The translations under genes were made by a program, and so were the position numbers. A DNA stretch of 64,000 nucleotides from Candidatus Eiseniibacteriota bacterium (lineage in GTDB: Bacteria > Eisenbacteria > RBG-16-71-46). Position 1 is the stretch's first letter. Every line of letters begins with the position of its first letter. Under the pieces are notes generated by a model. That model saw nothing but the letters and a program-made list of their open reading frames with translations. It did no database searches and was not told where the DNA came from. The stretch covers positions 133,020 to 197,019 of the forward strand of contig JBGPFC010000004.1 in assembly GCA_041483195.1 (NCBI GenBank). Reading direction: 5' to 3'. This document shows, one piece after another, positions 19,671 through 31,200 of the stretch.

Positions 19671-20687
19671 TCACCCGCGCGGCCCGGCCGCCGCGCGGCG
19701 CCCGCCCAGTTCGATCGCGGTCCCGGCCCCCGCCGCCTCGGCCCGAACCCACACCGCGTGCGCGGCCGCCAGATCCTCGACCGCGAGCCCCAGCGACTCG
19801 AAGAGCGTGATCTCGTCGCGGGTCGCCCGTCCCGGATGCGCGCCGCTCACCAGCTCGCCCAGCTCCGCGCGGATGTGCCCGGCCCCGATCGCGCCCTCGG
19901 CGATCGGGATCAGGATGTCCCCCGCTTCCTGCAGCGCCGATTCGCGCCGGTCCACGAAGAGTCGCGCCCGCGCGACCGCCGCGGTGTCGAGCTCGCGGGC
20001 GTCGCGGAAGCACGCGCCCACCGCGTTGACGTGCGCCCCCTCCGCGAGCCACGCGCCATCGAGCACCGGCGTTCGCGAGGCGGTGGTCGTGCACACCAGA
20101 TCCGCGCCATCGACCGCCGCGCGGGCCGAGGCGCACACCTCGATCGCGAGCCCGAGCCGCGCGGACTCCCGCGCCGCGAAGCCACGCGCGCTCGCGGGGC
20201 TCCGGCTCCACACCCGGACGCGCCGCAGCGGCCGCACCGCGGCCATCGCCCGGGCGTGGCTCGCCGCCTGCACCCCGGCGCCGAGCAGCGCGAGATCGCC
20301 GGCGTCTTCGCGCGCGAGGCACCGGGTCGCGAGCCCGCTCACCGCGGCGGTGCGGAGCGCCGTGATGGCGCTCGCGTCCACGATCGCCCGCAGGCTGCCG
20401 CGTACGGTCTCGAACACCAGCACCACGCCCTGGTGGGAATCGAGCTCGGTGCCGTGATTGCCCGGCATCACCGTGACCACCTTGATGCCGATCGCGAGCG
20501 GGCTGCCGGTGTACGCCGGCATGAGTCCGAGCAGGCCGCTGCGATCGGGGAGCCAGACCATCGAGCGCAGCGGTTGCACGGCGTCGCCGCGCGCGAGCGC
20601 CTCGAACACCTCGCGCATCACCTCGATGCACTCGAGCATCGGGAGCAGCGCCTCGACCTCCGCCTGCGCGACGACCCGCACGCTCAC
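19671..20687 (-). CDS. Ornithine cyclodeaminase / mu-crystallin family protein
   Basis: LMPAY, GIKVVTV, ITALRTAAVS, GAGVQA, GAHVNAVG, ITLFESLGLAVEDLAAA. GTG start overlaps the upstream stop (GTGA). Confidence 0.92.
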   Translation of the reverse strand: MSVRVVAQAEVEALLPMLECIEVMREVFEALARGDAVQPLRSMVWLPDRSGLLGLMPAYTGSPLAIGIKVVTVMPGNHGTELDSHQGVVLVFETVRGSLRAIVDASAITALRTAAVSGLATRCLAREDAGDLALLGAGVQAASHARAMAAVRPLRRVRVWSRSPASARGFAARESARLGLAIEVCASARAAVDGADLVCTTTASRTPVLDGAWLAEGAHVNAVGACFRDARELDTAAVARARLFVDRRESALQEAGDILIPIAEGAIGAGHIRAELGELVSGAHPGRATRDEITLFESLGLAVEDLAAAHAVWVRAEAAGAGTAIELGGRRAAAGPRG

Positions 20688-21658
20688 GGGGCCGCCCGGC
20701 TCGCGGCATCGAGCGCCGCCGCGAAGCGCGCCGGATCGATGTTGCCGCCCGAGACGATCGCGGCCACGCGCGCCCCGCGCGGCAGGCTCACGCGACCGGC
20801 GATCAGCGCCGCGGTGGCGGCGGCGCCCGCGCCTTCGGCGCAGAGCTTCGCCCGGCTCGCGAGCCACAGCATCCCCGCCCGGATCTGCGCCTCGCTCACC
20901 GTGACGATCTGGTCGACGCACTCGCGCGCGATCGCGAGCGGAAGCGCTCCCACGAAGGGCGGCGTCATGCCGTCCGCGAGCGTGTCCGCGGGCCTCGCCA
21001 CCGGGATCGGCTTTCCAGCCGCGAGCGCCGGCGCGAGGCCCGGACCCGCCTCGAGCTCGACCGCGATCACGCGCGCGGCCGGGCGAAGCTGCTTCACAGC
21101 GCTCGCGACGCCGCCCATGAGTCCGCCCCCTCCGACCGGAACGACGACCGCATCGACCCCGGGCAGATCTTCGACGATTTCGAGCCCGACCGTTCCCGCG
21201 CCGGCCAGCACCACCTCATCGTCGAACGGATGGACGAAGGTCGCGCCGGTCGCGGCGCGCACCGCTTCGAGCTTCTCGAACAGCGTGGCGCGATCCGGGT
21301 GGAGGATCACCTCGGCGCCGTAGCCGCGCACCGCTTCGATCTTGGCGCGCGGCGCCGAATCCGGCATCACCACCGCGCACGGCACCCCCACCGCGCGCGC
21401 CGCCCACGCCACCGCCTGCGCGTGGTTGCCCGCCGAGACCGTGACCAGTCCGCGCGCGCGCTCCTCAGGGGTGAGCGTGAGCACGCGGTTCAGCGCGCCG
21501 CGCGCCTTGAACGAGCCCGTCTTCTGAAAGCTCTCGCACTTGAGCAACAGCTCCACCCCGGCGCGCGCGCCGATCGCGCGGCTCGAGAGCAGCGGCGTGC
21601 GATGCAGCTGGCCGCGGATGCGGGCGGCCGCCGAGCGAATCGCCTCCAGCTCGATCAT
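20684..21658 (-). CDS. PLP-dependent threonine/serine dehydratase family protein
   Basis: HRTPL, KCESFQKTGSFKARGA, SAGNHAQ, VPVGGGGL, SGGN. Confidence 0.92.
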   Translation of the reverse strand: MIELEAIRSAAARIRGQLHRTPLLSSRAIGARAGVELLLKCESFQKTGSFKARGALNRVLTLTPEERARGLVTVSAGNHAQAVAWAARAVGVPCAVVMPDSAPRAKIEAVRGYGAEVILHPDRATLFEKLEAVRAATGATFVHPFDDEVVLAGAGTVGLEIVEDLPGVDAVVVPVGGGGLMGGVASAVKQLRPAARVIAVELEAGPGLAPALAAGKPIPVARPADTLADGMTPPFVGALPLAIARECVDQIVTVSEAQIRAGMLWLASRAKLCAEGAGAAATAALIAGRVSLPRGARVAAIVSGGNIDPARFAAALDAASRAAP

Positions 21659-21961
21659 GCGCGGGGAGGGCGAGCGCGCGGAGCGGCAGGGCCCGGACCC
21701 GGGCGCGGCGAGCGCATGGAACGATGGGCGGACATCGGGGCGGCGGGGCTCCTCGCGGTGGGGGTCTCGGCCATCTTAGCATTCCCGCGGCGAGCGGGGC
21801 GCTGGCCGCCGCGCCGCTCGACCCGCGATCCGTCCCATCATTCCGGCCTCGACAGGCGCGCGCCGCCGATTCTACACTCGACGCTTCGCATCCCTTCATC
21901 GCGCCGGCGCCCCGCAGCGGGCCGCCGGTGCCGCGCCGCTCCATCGACTCACGAGGCCGCC

Positions 21962-23023
21962 ATGTCACCGCCGCATTCGCTTCGATCTCGGGCGAGCGCC
22001 ATCTCCGCGCTCGCGCTGATCTGCATGGCGCTCGCGCCGGTGCCCGCCGCGGCGACCGACCCTCAGCCCCCCACGCCGCAGGAGCAGCAGATCTTCCAGC
22101 AGAAGCTGGCCCGGTTGAAGTCTCACTCCAACCTGTACCCCGCGAACGGGGGAATCGCGAGCGTGCTGAACAGCCTGGACCACATGGTCACCATCCCGCT
22201 GATCTGCGGCACCGGGGATCCGGTCACGCGCGTCGAGGTCCGCGTGAACACCACGTTGAAGAAGTGGGACGCCGCGCTGGTGAAGGCCCGGCTCGGGAGT
22301 GAAGGCAAGGTCGGCGCCTACCTCTGGAACTACGAGGTCACCGTGGTCGACGGGGTCAAGATCATCACTTGCGACAACTGGATCATGCTCGACCCGGCCG
22401 TGAGCGGGCCGCAGGAGGGCAATCCGCCGATCGGGCCGATCGCCGACGAGACGCTTCTCTACCACGAACTGCTGCACGGGCAGCTGCTGCTCGACTCGGT
22501 GATGACGTCCGCGGCCTGGAAGCAGAACGTGTGCGCATGCAACGCCCCCGACCTCGCATCGAGCGACCCCGACCACGCCGTGATCGCGGGACTCGAGGAG
22601 GCGTTCATGACCGCGCTCGCGGGCGGCACCTCCGCCGTGCGCATGGTCCGTCCGCCCGCGCAGCCCGCGGACGGTGACGGCAAGTTCTCGATCGACCTGG
22701 GCGCGATCGAGAAGGAGAACCTCACGGTCACGCCGTACTATCCCGACGGCAGCAACGTGGATCCGGCAGACGTCACCGTCGAGCTGCCCGAGAACGGGCA
22801 CGTCATCGTCAAGGGCAAGCTCACCGACAAGACGAAGCGCGGCTACATCCTGGTGCACGTCGATCCGCCGACCCTCTACGTCGTCGCGGGGATCGAGCAG
22901 GCGATCGTGATCCTTCCGACCTCGGTTGCCCCGGGGCTCGACGGATGGCGGCTCGGCCTGCTGGCTGCGCTGATCCTCGCGAGCGCGCTGGTGGTGGTGA
23001 GGCGCAGGGAGCGCCGGGGCTGA
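21962..23023 (+). CDS. Secreted HExxH-motif protein with a C-terminal membrane anchor / sorting-like signal
   Basis: Signal peptide (ALALICMALAPVPAAA), LYHELLHG, and a C-terminal APGLDGWRLGLLAALILASALVVVRRRERRG. Confidence 0.7.
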   Translation: MSPPHSLRSRASAISALALICMALAPVPAAATDPQPPTPQEQQIFQQKLARLKSHSNLYPANGGIASVLNSLDHMVTIPLICGTGDPVTRVEVRVNTTLKKWDAALVKARLGSEGKVGAYLWNYEVTVVDGVKIITCDNWIMLDPAVSGPQEGNPPIGPIADETLLYHELLHGQLLLDSVMTSAAWKQNVCACNAPDLASSDPDHAVIAGLEEAFMTALAGGTSAVRMVRPPAQPADGDGKFSIDLGAIEKENLTVTPYYPDGSNVDPADVTVELPENGHVIVKGKLTDKTKRGYILVHVDPPTLYVVAGIEQAIVILPTSVAPGLDGWRLGLLAALILASALVVVRRRERRG

Positions 23024-23069
23024 TTCGGGTAGCGGGCGCGCGGCCCCGTGAGTCGCGGGGCCGGCGCGC

Positions 23070-24302
23070 TCACCCGATCGAGCGCGCCCGGGTCTCGGGC
23101 AGCAGCCACACCCACGCCCCGGCCGCGAGCGCGAAGCCCGCGGCCAGCGCCACCCCGCCGAGCAGCGAAGCGCCGCCCACCGCGACCACCAGCAACGGCG
23201 CCGCGAACTGGATTCCGCGCGCCACGTTCATGCAGATTCCGGACGCCGTGTTGCGCACCCGGGTCGGGAACAGCTCGGCGTAGAGCGGCCCGTAGTTCGA
23301 CCAGGTGCCGGTGCCCACCCCCGCGATGAAGATGAACGCGAGGATGATCGCGGGCTGGCCGCGAATCGCGCCCTGGAACACCGTGATCATGCCGAGCCCG
23401 ATCGCCATCACCGCGCTGAAAGCGCTGAACGACCGCCGCCGCCCCCAGCGATCCGAGCTGAGACCGTAGAGCACGTAGCCCGCCAGCGACCCGGCGACGA
23501 ACACCATCGTCCACGCGCCGGAGCGCTGGATCGTGAGGTGCCACTGCCGGCCCAGGTACTCGGGGAGCCACGAGGTGGTGAACCAGTAGCTCGCCATGTT
23601 GAAGATCGTGAGCACGAACGCGATCGCGAAGGCGGCCCTCACGTCGGGCGCGAACAGCTCGCCGAGCGGCGCGCGATCGGGCCGCTCGCCCGCCGCGATT
23701 CGCGAGCGATGATCGAGCCATACCGGCGATTCCGGAACGAGCGAAAGCACGAACGGCGAGTACAGCGCGGGCGCCGCCGCGAGCAGGAAGCAGGCGCGCC
23801 ATCCGATCGCGGGCGCGAGCTGCGTCGCGCAGAGCGTCGCGAGTCCGAGTCCGAGCGGGGCGCCGGTCTGCGCCAGCGCCCCGAACCGCCCGCGGGTTCC
23901 GGCCGGGACGCTCTCCGCGAGCAGCGTCTGGCCCGCCGCCCATTGCCCGCCGATGCCGAGCCCCGCGACCCCCGCCGCGACCAGCATCACCGCGAGCGAA
24001 TGCGCGAGCGCCGCCGCGATCGCGCCCGCCGCGTAGATCAGGATCGACACCAGCATCGCGGGCCGGCGTCCGGCGCGGTCCGCGAAGACTCCCAGCAGCA
24101 GCCCGCCCGCGCCGCTCGCCCCGAGTATCAGCGACTTGATGTGCTTCACCGCCTCGTCGTCGAGGCCGAGATCGACGCGATAGAGCAGCGAGAGCTGGAA
24201 GAACGTGAGGAGCGCGAAGAACACCGCGAGCCAGCCGAGCCATGTGAAGAGCAGGACGCGGCGGTGCATGCGCGCGGTGTCGGCGGAGGCCTGATCGGGC
24301 AT
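23070..24302 (-). CDS. MFS transporter (aromatic acid/sugar-like)
   Basis: About 12 TM; ADRAGRR and SDRWGRR motif A, AESVP, AELFPTRVR. Start moved to ATG 24302 because ATG 24371 overlaps the tRNA. Confidence 0.9.
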   Translation of the reverse strand: MPDQASADTARMHRRVLLFTWLGWLAVFFALLTFFQLSLLYRVDLGLDDEAVKHIKSLILGASGAGGLLLGVFADRAGRRPAMLVSILIYAAGAIAAALAHSLAVMLVAAGVAGLGIGGQWAAGQTLLAESVPAGTRGRFGALAQTGAPLGLGLATLCATQLAPAIGWRACFLLAAAPALYSPFVLSLVPESPVWLDHRSRIAAGERPDRAPLGELFAPDVRAAFAIAFVLTIFNMASYWFTTSWLPEYLGRQWHLTIQRSGAWTMVFVAGSLAGYVLYGLSSDRWGRRRSFSAFSAVMAIGLGMITVFQGAIRGQPAIILAFIFIAGVGTGTWSNYGPLYAELFPTRVRNTASGICMNVARGIQFAAPLLVVAVGGASLLGGVALAAGFALAAGAWVWLLPETRARSIG

Positions 24303-24370
24303 CGTCGGGTGGCGACTCACGGTGGATCGGTCCCGCGGCGGGCGCGTCTCGCCTCCGCGATCGAACGTCA

Positions 24371-24454
24371 TGGGCTAGGTGGGATTCGAACCCACATGTC
24401 CGCGAGGACACGACATTTTAAGTGTCGCGCGTCTGCCAGTTCCGCCACTAGCCC
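24371..24454 (-). tRNA. tRNA-Leu (anticodon UAA), 84 nt, CCA not encoded
   Basis: GGGCTAG acceptor stem paired with CTAGCCC-A; D arm GCGGAACTGGCAGACGC; anticodon arm CGACA-CTTAAAA-TGTCG; long variable arm TGTCCTCGCGGACA; GTGGG-TTCGAAT-CCCAC. Confidence 0.96.
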
Positions 24455-24535
24455 CTGTTCCGAGACACGAACGCCCGGCGTCCTCGTGCTTCGAGGACCC
24501 GGGCGCCGTTGCGCGCGGAGGAGTCGGACCGCGCG

Positions 24536-25792
24536 CTAGTGCCCGTGCCCTCCGCTCCGGGATAACACGTCGGCGACCACCACCGACGGGTAGCGGCTCA
24601 GGAAACCCTGCACCACCCAGCCGAACAGGCCGAGAAATCCGATCGTCACGCCGATCTCCGGCAGGCCCAGCCACACCCGGTCGGGGTTGAGCGACGGCAT
24701 CACCAGGATGTGCCGCTCCATCCACAGGCCGGAGAGGATGATCAGGCTGAACAGCGCGAGCCAGAACGGGCTCTTCTTGGTCGCCATGTTCATGAGCCCC
24801 AGGAAGGGGAGCAGGAAGACGAACGTGAACGCCGTGAAACCCAGCGCCCGCCACGGCTCCTCGAAGCGCAGGAACACCCAGCCGGTCTCCTCCGGCAGGT
24901 TGCCGTACCAGATGACGAGATACTGCGCCCAGAATTGATAGACCCAGAAGATGCTGAAGCCGAACGCGAGCTTTCCGATGTCCCAGAAATGGTCGCGCGT
25001 GATATAGGCCTCGAGGCGATAATGCCCGCGTAGGCGCGTGAGGAGAAACGCGACCATCGCGATGCCGGAAAGGAACGCGCCCATGAAGAACCACCAGCCG
25101 AACAGCGTGCTCGCCCACTCCGGCGTGAGCGACATGACGTAGTCCCAGCACATCACCGTGTACACGATCGCGTACAGCACGCAGATCAGCGGCGCGCGCT
25201 TGGCGAGGCGGTCGCGCTGCCACTCGACCTCCTCCGCGTCGCCGCGCCAGCCCTCGCACAGCTTCTCGTAGGCGGGCCGGAGCGTCGGATCGACGTGCGA
25301 CTTGAGCAGGTAGGCGTCGGTGCGCAGCGAGACCCGCACCATGTCGCGCGACAGCCACCACAGCAGGCCGAGCCCGATCAGGGTGCGCGCGTAAAGGAAC
25401 GGCACGTTAAGATACGCGGCCTGCCGCGGCTCGACGTATTTCGTCCACGGCAGATAGGTCCGGATCCCCATGACGAGCAGGATCACCATGAGCCCGTAGC
25501 CGATCGGCAGGAAGGCCGAGAGCGATTCGGCCACCCGCACCACCGGCCCGGCCCAGCGGCCGTTCGCGAGCCGGATGCCGCATGCCAGCACGATCGCGCC
25601 CTGCGCGATGCCCATCCAGTAGAGCGTGTTGATCGCGTAAGAGCCCCACGCCCGCTGCGGCTCGCGCACGAACAGGAACGCGAGGGAGGCCAGGCCGATC
25701 GCCATGCACAGCATCCACAGCTGGCGCCGCCGCGGATTGGGCGTGACCGGCAGCTTGCCGGCGATGTCCGCGAGGATCGCGTCGTGGCTCAT
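24536..25792 (-). CDS. actF: Alternative complex III membrane subunit ActF
   Basis: Polytopic; WDYVMSLTPEWASTLFG, WDIGKL.F..FW.Y..WAQYLVIWYGNLPEE; last gene of the act cluster. Confidence 0.85.
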   Translation of the reverse strand: MSHDAILADIAGKLPVTPNPRRRQLWMLCMAIGLASLAFLFVREPQRAWGSYAINTLYWMGIAQGAIVLACGIRLANGRWAGPVVRVAESLSAFLPIGYGLMVILLVMGIRTYLPWTKYVEPRQAAYLNVPFLYARTLIGLGLLWWLSRDMVRVSLRTDAYLLKSHVDPTLRPAYEKLCEGWRGDAEEVEWQRDRLAKRAPLICVLYAIVYTVMCWDYVMSLTPEWASTLFGWWFFMGAFLSGIAMVAFLLTRLRGHYRLEAYITRDHFWDIGKLAFGFSIFWVYQFWAQYLVIWYGNLPEETGWVFLRFEEPWRALGFTAFTFVFLLPFLGLMNMATKKSPFWLALFSLIILSGLWMERHILVMPSLNPDRVWLGLPEIGVTIGFLGLFGWVVQGFLSRYPSVVVADVLSRSGGHGH

Positions 25793-26340
25793 CGCGGGCT
25801 CGTCTTCTGCCGGTGGCGGATGAAGTTCACGATGTTCCACGCCTCCTCGGCGGTCACCTGCGCGCCGTAGGCCGGCATGACCACCCCGCCGAAGCGGATG
25901 TACGAGTAGATGAATCCGTCCTTGCGATTGCGGGTCGCCTCCGCGAGCAGATCGGGCGGCGGCATGAAGAGCGGCGCGACCGGACCGTCGCCGGCGAGGG
26001 CCGTGCCGTGACATGGCACGCAGGTCTTGATGAACTTCTGCTCGCCACGCGCGATCGAGGAGTCGGAGGGCTCGACCGGGTTCACGCGGGATTGCCCGCG
26101 CTCGTACGGCGGGTCCTCGCCGGCCTGGTCGCGGCCGGTCACCGGCACGCTCGCATCGTCCGGCGCGCGCACCACGAGCTTCTGCGGCGGGATCGCGACC
26201 GAGGTGCGCATGTCGCGGATCGGGTAATAGCTCAGGTGAGTCGCCGAGCGGGTCGCGTCCCGGCAGCCCTGCTTCGCGTTGCCCACCGTGAACATCGTGA
26301 GCACGCCGAGCAGCACCACGCCCACGATCGCCTTAGGCAT
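25789..26340 (-). CDS. actE: Alternative complex III monoheme cytochrome c ActE
   Basis: Single CVPCH, GDGPV, MPAYG, AWNIVNFIR motifs. Confidence 0.85.
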   Translation of the reverse strand: MPKAIVGVVLLGVLTMFTVGNAKQGCRDATRSATHLSYYPIRDMRTSVAIPPQKLVVRAPDDASVPVTGRDQAGEDPPYERGQSRVNPVEPSDSSIARGEQKFIKTCVPCHGTALAGDGPVAPLFMPPPDLLAEATRNRKDGFIYSYIRFGGVVMPAYGAQVTAEEAWNIVNFIRHRQKTSPR

Positions 26341-26887
26341 GGACCGTCACCTCCTCGGCGCCGTGGCCACGCATCGTCTCCTGCGCCCGCAGCGCCTCCT
26401 CGCCGGAGCACGGGACCCAGATGCCGATCCGGTCCTGGCTGAACCTCGGATCGTACGGGGCCTTCGCCTTGAGCTGCGGCAGCCGCGCCAGCGCCAGCAT
26501 GCCGAGCAGGTTGGCGATCGAGCCCAGCAGGATCATGGACTCGTAGCCGATCACGACGAACGGCGGCAGCGAGATCAGCTCCTTGCCGCCCACCACCAGC
26601 GGGTAGGAGAGCACCGAGTAGATGCACAGCGCGAAGCCTCCCGTGAGGCCGCACACCGCGCCGCCGAACGTCACCCATCGCACCAGCGACGGACCCTTCT
26701 CGAGCGCCGATTCGATCGAATGATACGGCACCGGCGAGTACACGCTCAGCTGCCGATGCCCCTGCTGGCGGAGCGTGCGCACCGCCTCCGTGGCGTCGTC
26801 CACGTAGTAGTAGATCCCCATCACGCCGTGGAACTTCTGCGGCGGGCCGGCGATGAGCCTTTCGACGGTGCGCTCGACGGTCTGCAT
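26333..26887 (-). CDS. actD: Alternative complex III subunit ActD (DUF3341)
   Basis: YSPVPYH, two TM helices, YPLVVGGK, YE..IL, YDPRFSQD. Confidence 0.87.
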   Translation of the reverse strand: MQTVERTVERLIAGPPQKFHGVMGIYYYVDDATEAVRTLRQQGHRQLSVYSPVPYHSIESALEKGPSLVRWVTFGGAVCGLTGGFALCIYSVLSYPLVVGGKELISLPPFVVIGYESMILLGSIANLLGMLALARLPQLKAKAPYDPRFSQDRIGIWVPCSGEEALRAQETMRGHGAEEVTVHA

Positions 26888-26892
26888 CAGGC

Positions 26893-28263
<1,371 letters not shown>

Positions 28264-28276
28264 GCGCGGCCCTCGT

Positions 28277-31200
28277 TCATACGGTGTCCTGCTTCACCCG
28301 CTTCAGGTAGGTGACCCCGGGTTTGGTGTTGAGCTCGTTGAGCACCCAGTAGCGCCGCGCTCCGAACGAGCGCTGGTGCACCGCGCTCGCGGGATCGGCG
28401 AGGTCGCCGAACACGATCGCCTGGGCCGGGCAGGACTGCGCGCACGCGGTTTGAATCTCGCCGTCGCGCAGCTTGCGGTTCTCGTCCTTCGCGTTGCCCT
28501 TGCCCTCGAGGATGCGCTGGACGCACATCGTGCACTTCTCCATGACGCCCTTCGAGCGCACGGTGACGTCTGGATTGAGCTGCCAGTTGAGCGGTTCCGG
28601 GAACGCGAAGGTGGCCTTCTCGGGCGCCGCGTAATCGAACCAGTTGAACGCGCGCACCTTGTACGGGCAGTTGTTGGAACAGTAGCGGGTGCCGACGCAG
28701 CGGTTGTACACCTGGGCGTTGAGGCCCTCGGGGTTGTGATAGGTCGCATAGACCGGGCACACCGTCTCGCACGGCGCGTCGCCGCAGTGCTGGCACATCA
28801 TGGGCACCATGCGAACGTCGCTGGCGCCGGGCTCCAGCCTCTCCTCGAAGCGCTCGATACGGATCCAGCTCATCTCGCGTCCGCGCTGGATCAGCTCGGG
28901 GCCCACCGTCGGGATGTTGTTCTCCGCGTAGCACGCCACGACGCACGCTGCGCAGCCGGTGCACGCGTTGAGATCGATCGCCATCGCCCAGCGGTGCTCG
29001 GCGTGCTTGTAGCTGCCCTGGTCGACCGGGATCGCGCGCGGGCCGCGCGTGTGATGCTCCGGCTCGAACGCCGTGATCGCGTGGGCGGGCGGCACGTAAC
29101 CCTCGGGGTGCTGCATCGGCGTGGTGTGGAGCCCGGGCCGGGTCTGCGATGGCTTAGGGGGCTCCGGACCCTCGAAGTGGCCGGAGAGCGTCTGGTGAAT
29201 GTTGTAGATCGGCCGATCGGCGGCGCCGCGGGTCGCGACCTGCGCGAACAGCGCAGACACCGGGATGACCTGCGCGATGCCGCGGTCGTGCTGCCGCTTC
29301 TCGCGCTGGGTGGTCACGAAGTCCATCGCCTTCGCGCCCTTCGCGAGCCGCGCGCGCGTGCTGAGATACGCGACCGCGCCGGAGGCCGCGTCCTGCGCGG
29401 GCGGGAGCAACGCGAGCGCGTTCACGCCGCGGTCCTTCGCGTAGCGCCCGTACGCCGTGTGGCCCTGGCCGAGCGGAACCGCCGCGACGTCCCTGCGCAT
29501 TCCGCCGTAGAGGTAGGCCGGCAGCTCGATGGCGCCCGCCTCGGTCTCGATCCGCACCGGATCGCCGGTCTGGACCCCCAGCTTGCCCGCGGTCTCGGGA
29601 TGGATCTCGACCCAGGTGCCCCACACGCCCTTGCTGGTAGGATCGGGAAGCTCCTGGAGCCATGGCTTGTTCGCGCCGCGCCCGTCGTAAAACGCCTGCG
29701 ATGGGTAGAGCAGGAGCGCGACCTCGCCCGGGCCCCTGAGGCCCGGGGAGGCGAACGCCGGTGTCGCGTTCCACCGCACCGGCGTCGGACTCGCGTCCTC
29801 CCACACCCCGCCCTTCGCGAGCGAGTCGCGCCAGAAGGTGTCGAAGTCGCGCCCCGCCCCGAATCGCTGATGCTGGGGCTTCCACTGGGCCTTGAGATAA
29901 TCGGCCCAGGTCGCGGGCCATGCCGCCCCGCGGCCGGCCGCCTTGCCGAGCGCCAGCAGCGTTTCGCCGGCGGGCCGGGCGTCGAACATCGGGAGCTTCT
30001 GCATCGCGGGCTGCGTGAGCGCGTGCACGCCGCGGGCGGTCTCTGCGTCGCCCAGGGTCTCGAGCCAGTGCGTGGAAGGCAGCAGCAGGTCGCAGCGGTC
30101 CGCGGTTTCGTCCAGCACCGGCGAGAGCGAGATCTTGAAGATCACCCTGTCCATCGCCGCCGCGAACTCGGCCCAGGCCGGCACGGCGTAGACGGGATTC
30201 GCGCCGCTGACGATCAGCACGTCCACCTTGCCGTCGCCCATCGCGCCCATCAGCCGCTGCAGCTCGCCGAAGCCGCCGACCGCCTCGTAGCTCGGGGTGC
30301 GATCGAAACGCACCGTGCGGCCGACGTTGCCCGCGACGTAGTTCAGGAGGTTGACCGCTGCGTGGAGCGCGACCGACTGATCGCTCTGCGCCGCGATGCC
30401 GCCGGTCACCGCCAGCGACGGCCCGGCCTTCGCGAACGCGCGCGCCAGCTCCCGCACCTTCGCGGCCGGCACGTCGCTCTGTCGCTCGACCGCCTCGGGC
30501 GTGAACGCGGCCACGGCGTCGCTCAACGCGCCGCGCTCCGCGAGGGCGGGACCGAGGCTCTCGCTCAGGATGACGCGGCTCATCCCGAGCGCGAGCGCCA
30601 TCTCGCCGCCGGGACGTACCGCGATCCACTCGTCGGCGTTGGCGCCGGTCAGCGAGAGCCGGGGCTCGACCGTCACGAAGCGCGCCGGATTGTCCGCGGT
30701 GCGCGCCGTGGCGAGGCCGCGCGCGTGCCCGACCGGCGAGAGCCAGGTCTCGACGAAATCGGCGCCGAACGCGACGATCATGCGCGCGGCGGCGAAGTCG
30801 AAGTTCGGGATCGACGCCTGTCCGAAGGTGCGGCGGTTGGCCTCGCGCAGACTCTCGTGCGCGAACGGCTCGTATACGAGATGCGTCGCGCCGATCGCCG
30901 CGCTCCACTCGGCGGCGAGCCGCTGGAGCGAGCCGGTGGCGTTGTCGGTGAGCAGCGCGACGCCCCGCTTCGCCTTCACCGCTTCGCCGAGCTTCCCGGC
31001 CGCGAGCTGCAGCGCGGCCTCCCAGTCGATCGTCTTCCACGCGCCGTTTTCCTTGACCATCGGCGAGCGCACCCGGTCGGGATCGTAGAGCCCCTGCAGT
31101 CCCGCCTGCCCGCGCGAGCACAGCCCGCCCCGATTCACGGGATGCGCGGGATTGCCCTCGATCTTGATCGCGCGGCCCTCGCGCGCCTTGACCAGCACGC

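Noticed and set aside
24303..24371. MFS start at ATG 24371
   Set aside because: It overlaps the tRNA discriminator base; ATG 24302 is more plausible.
24371..24454. tRNA-Sec (suggested by the long variable arm and the nearby selenoprotein)
   Set aside because: The anticodon is UAA, not UCA, and the acceptor stem is 7 bp, so it is tRNA-Leu. No sel genes are visible in this window.
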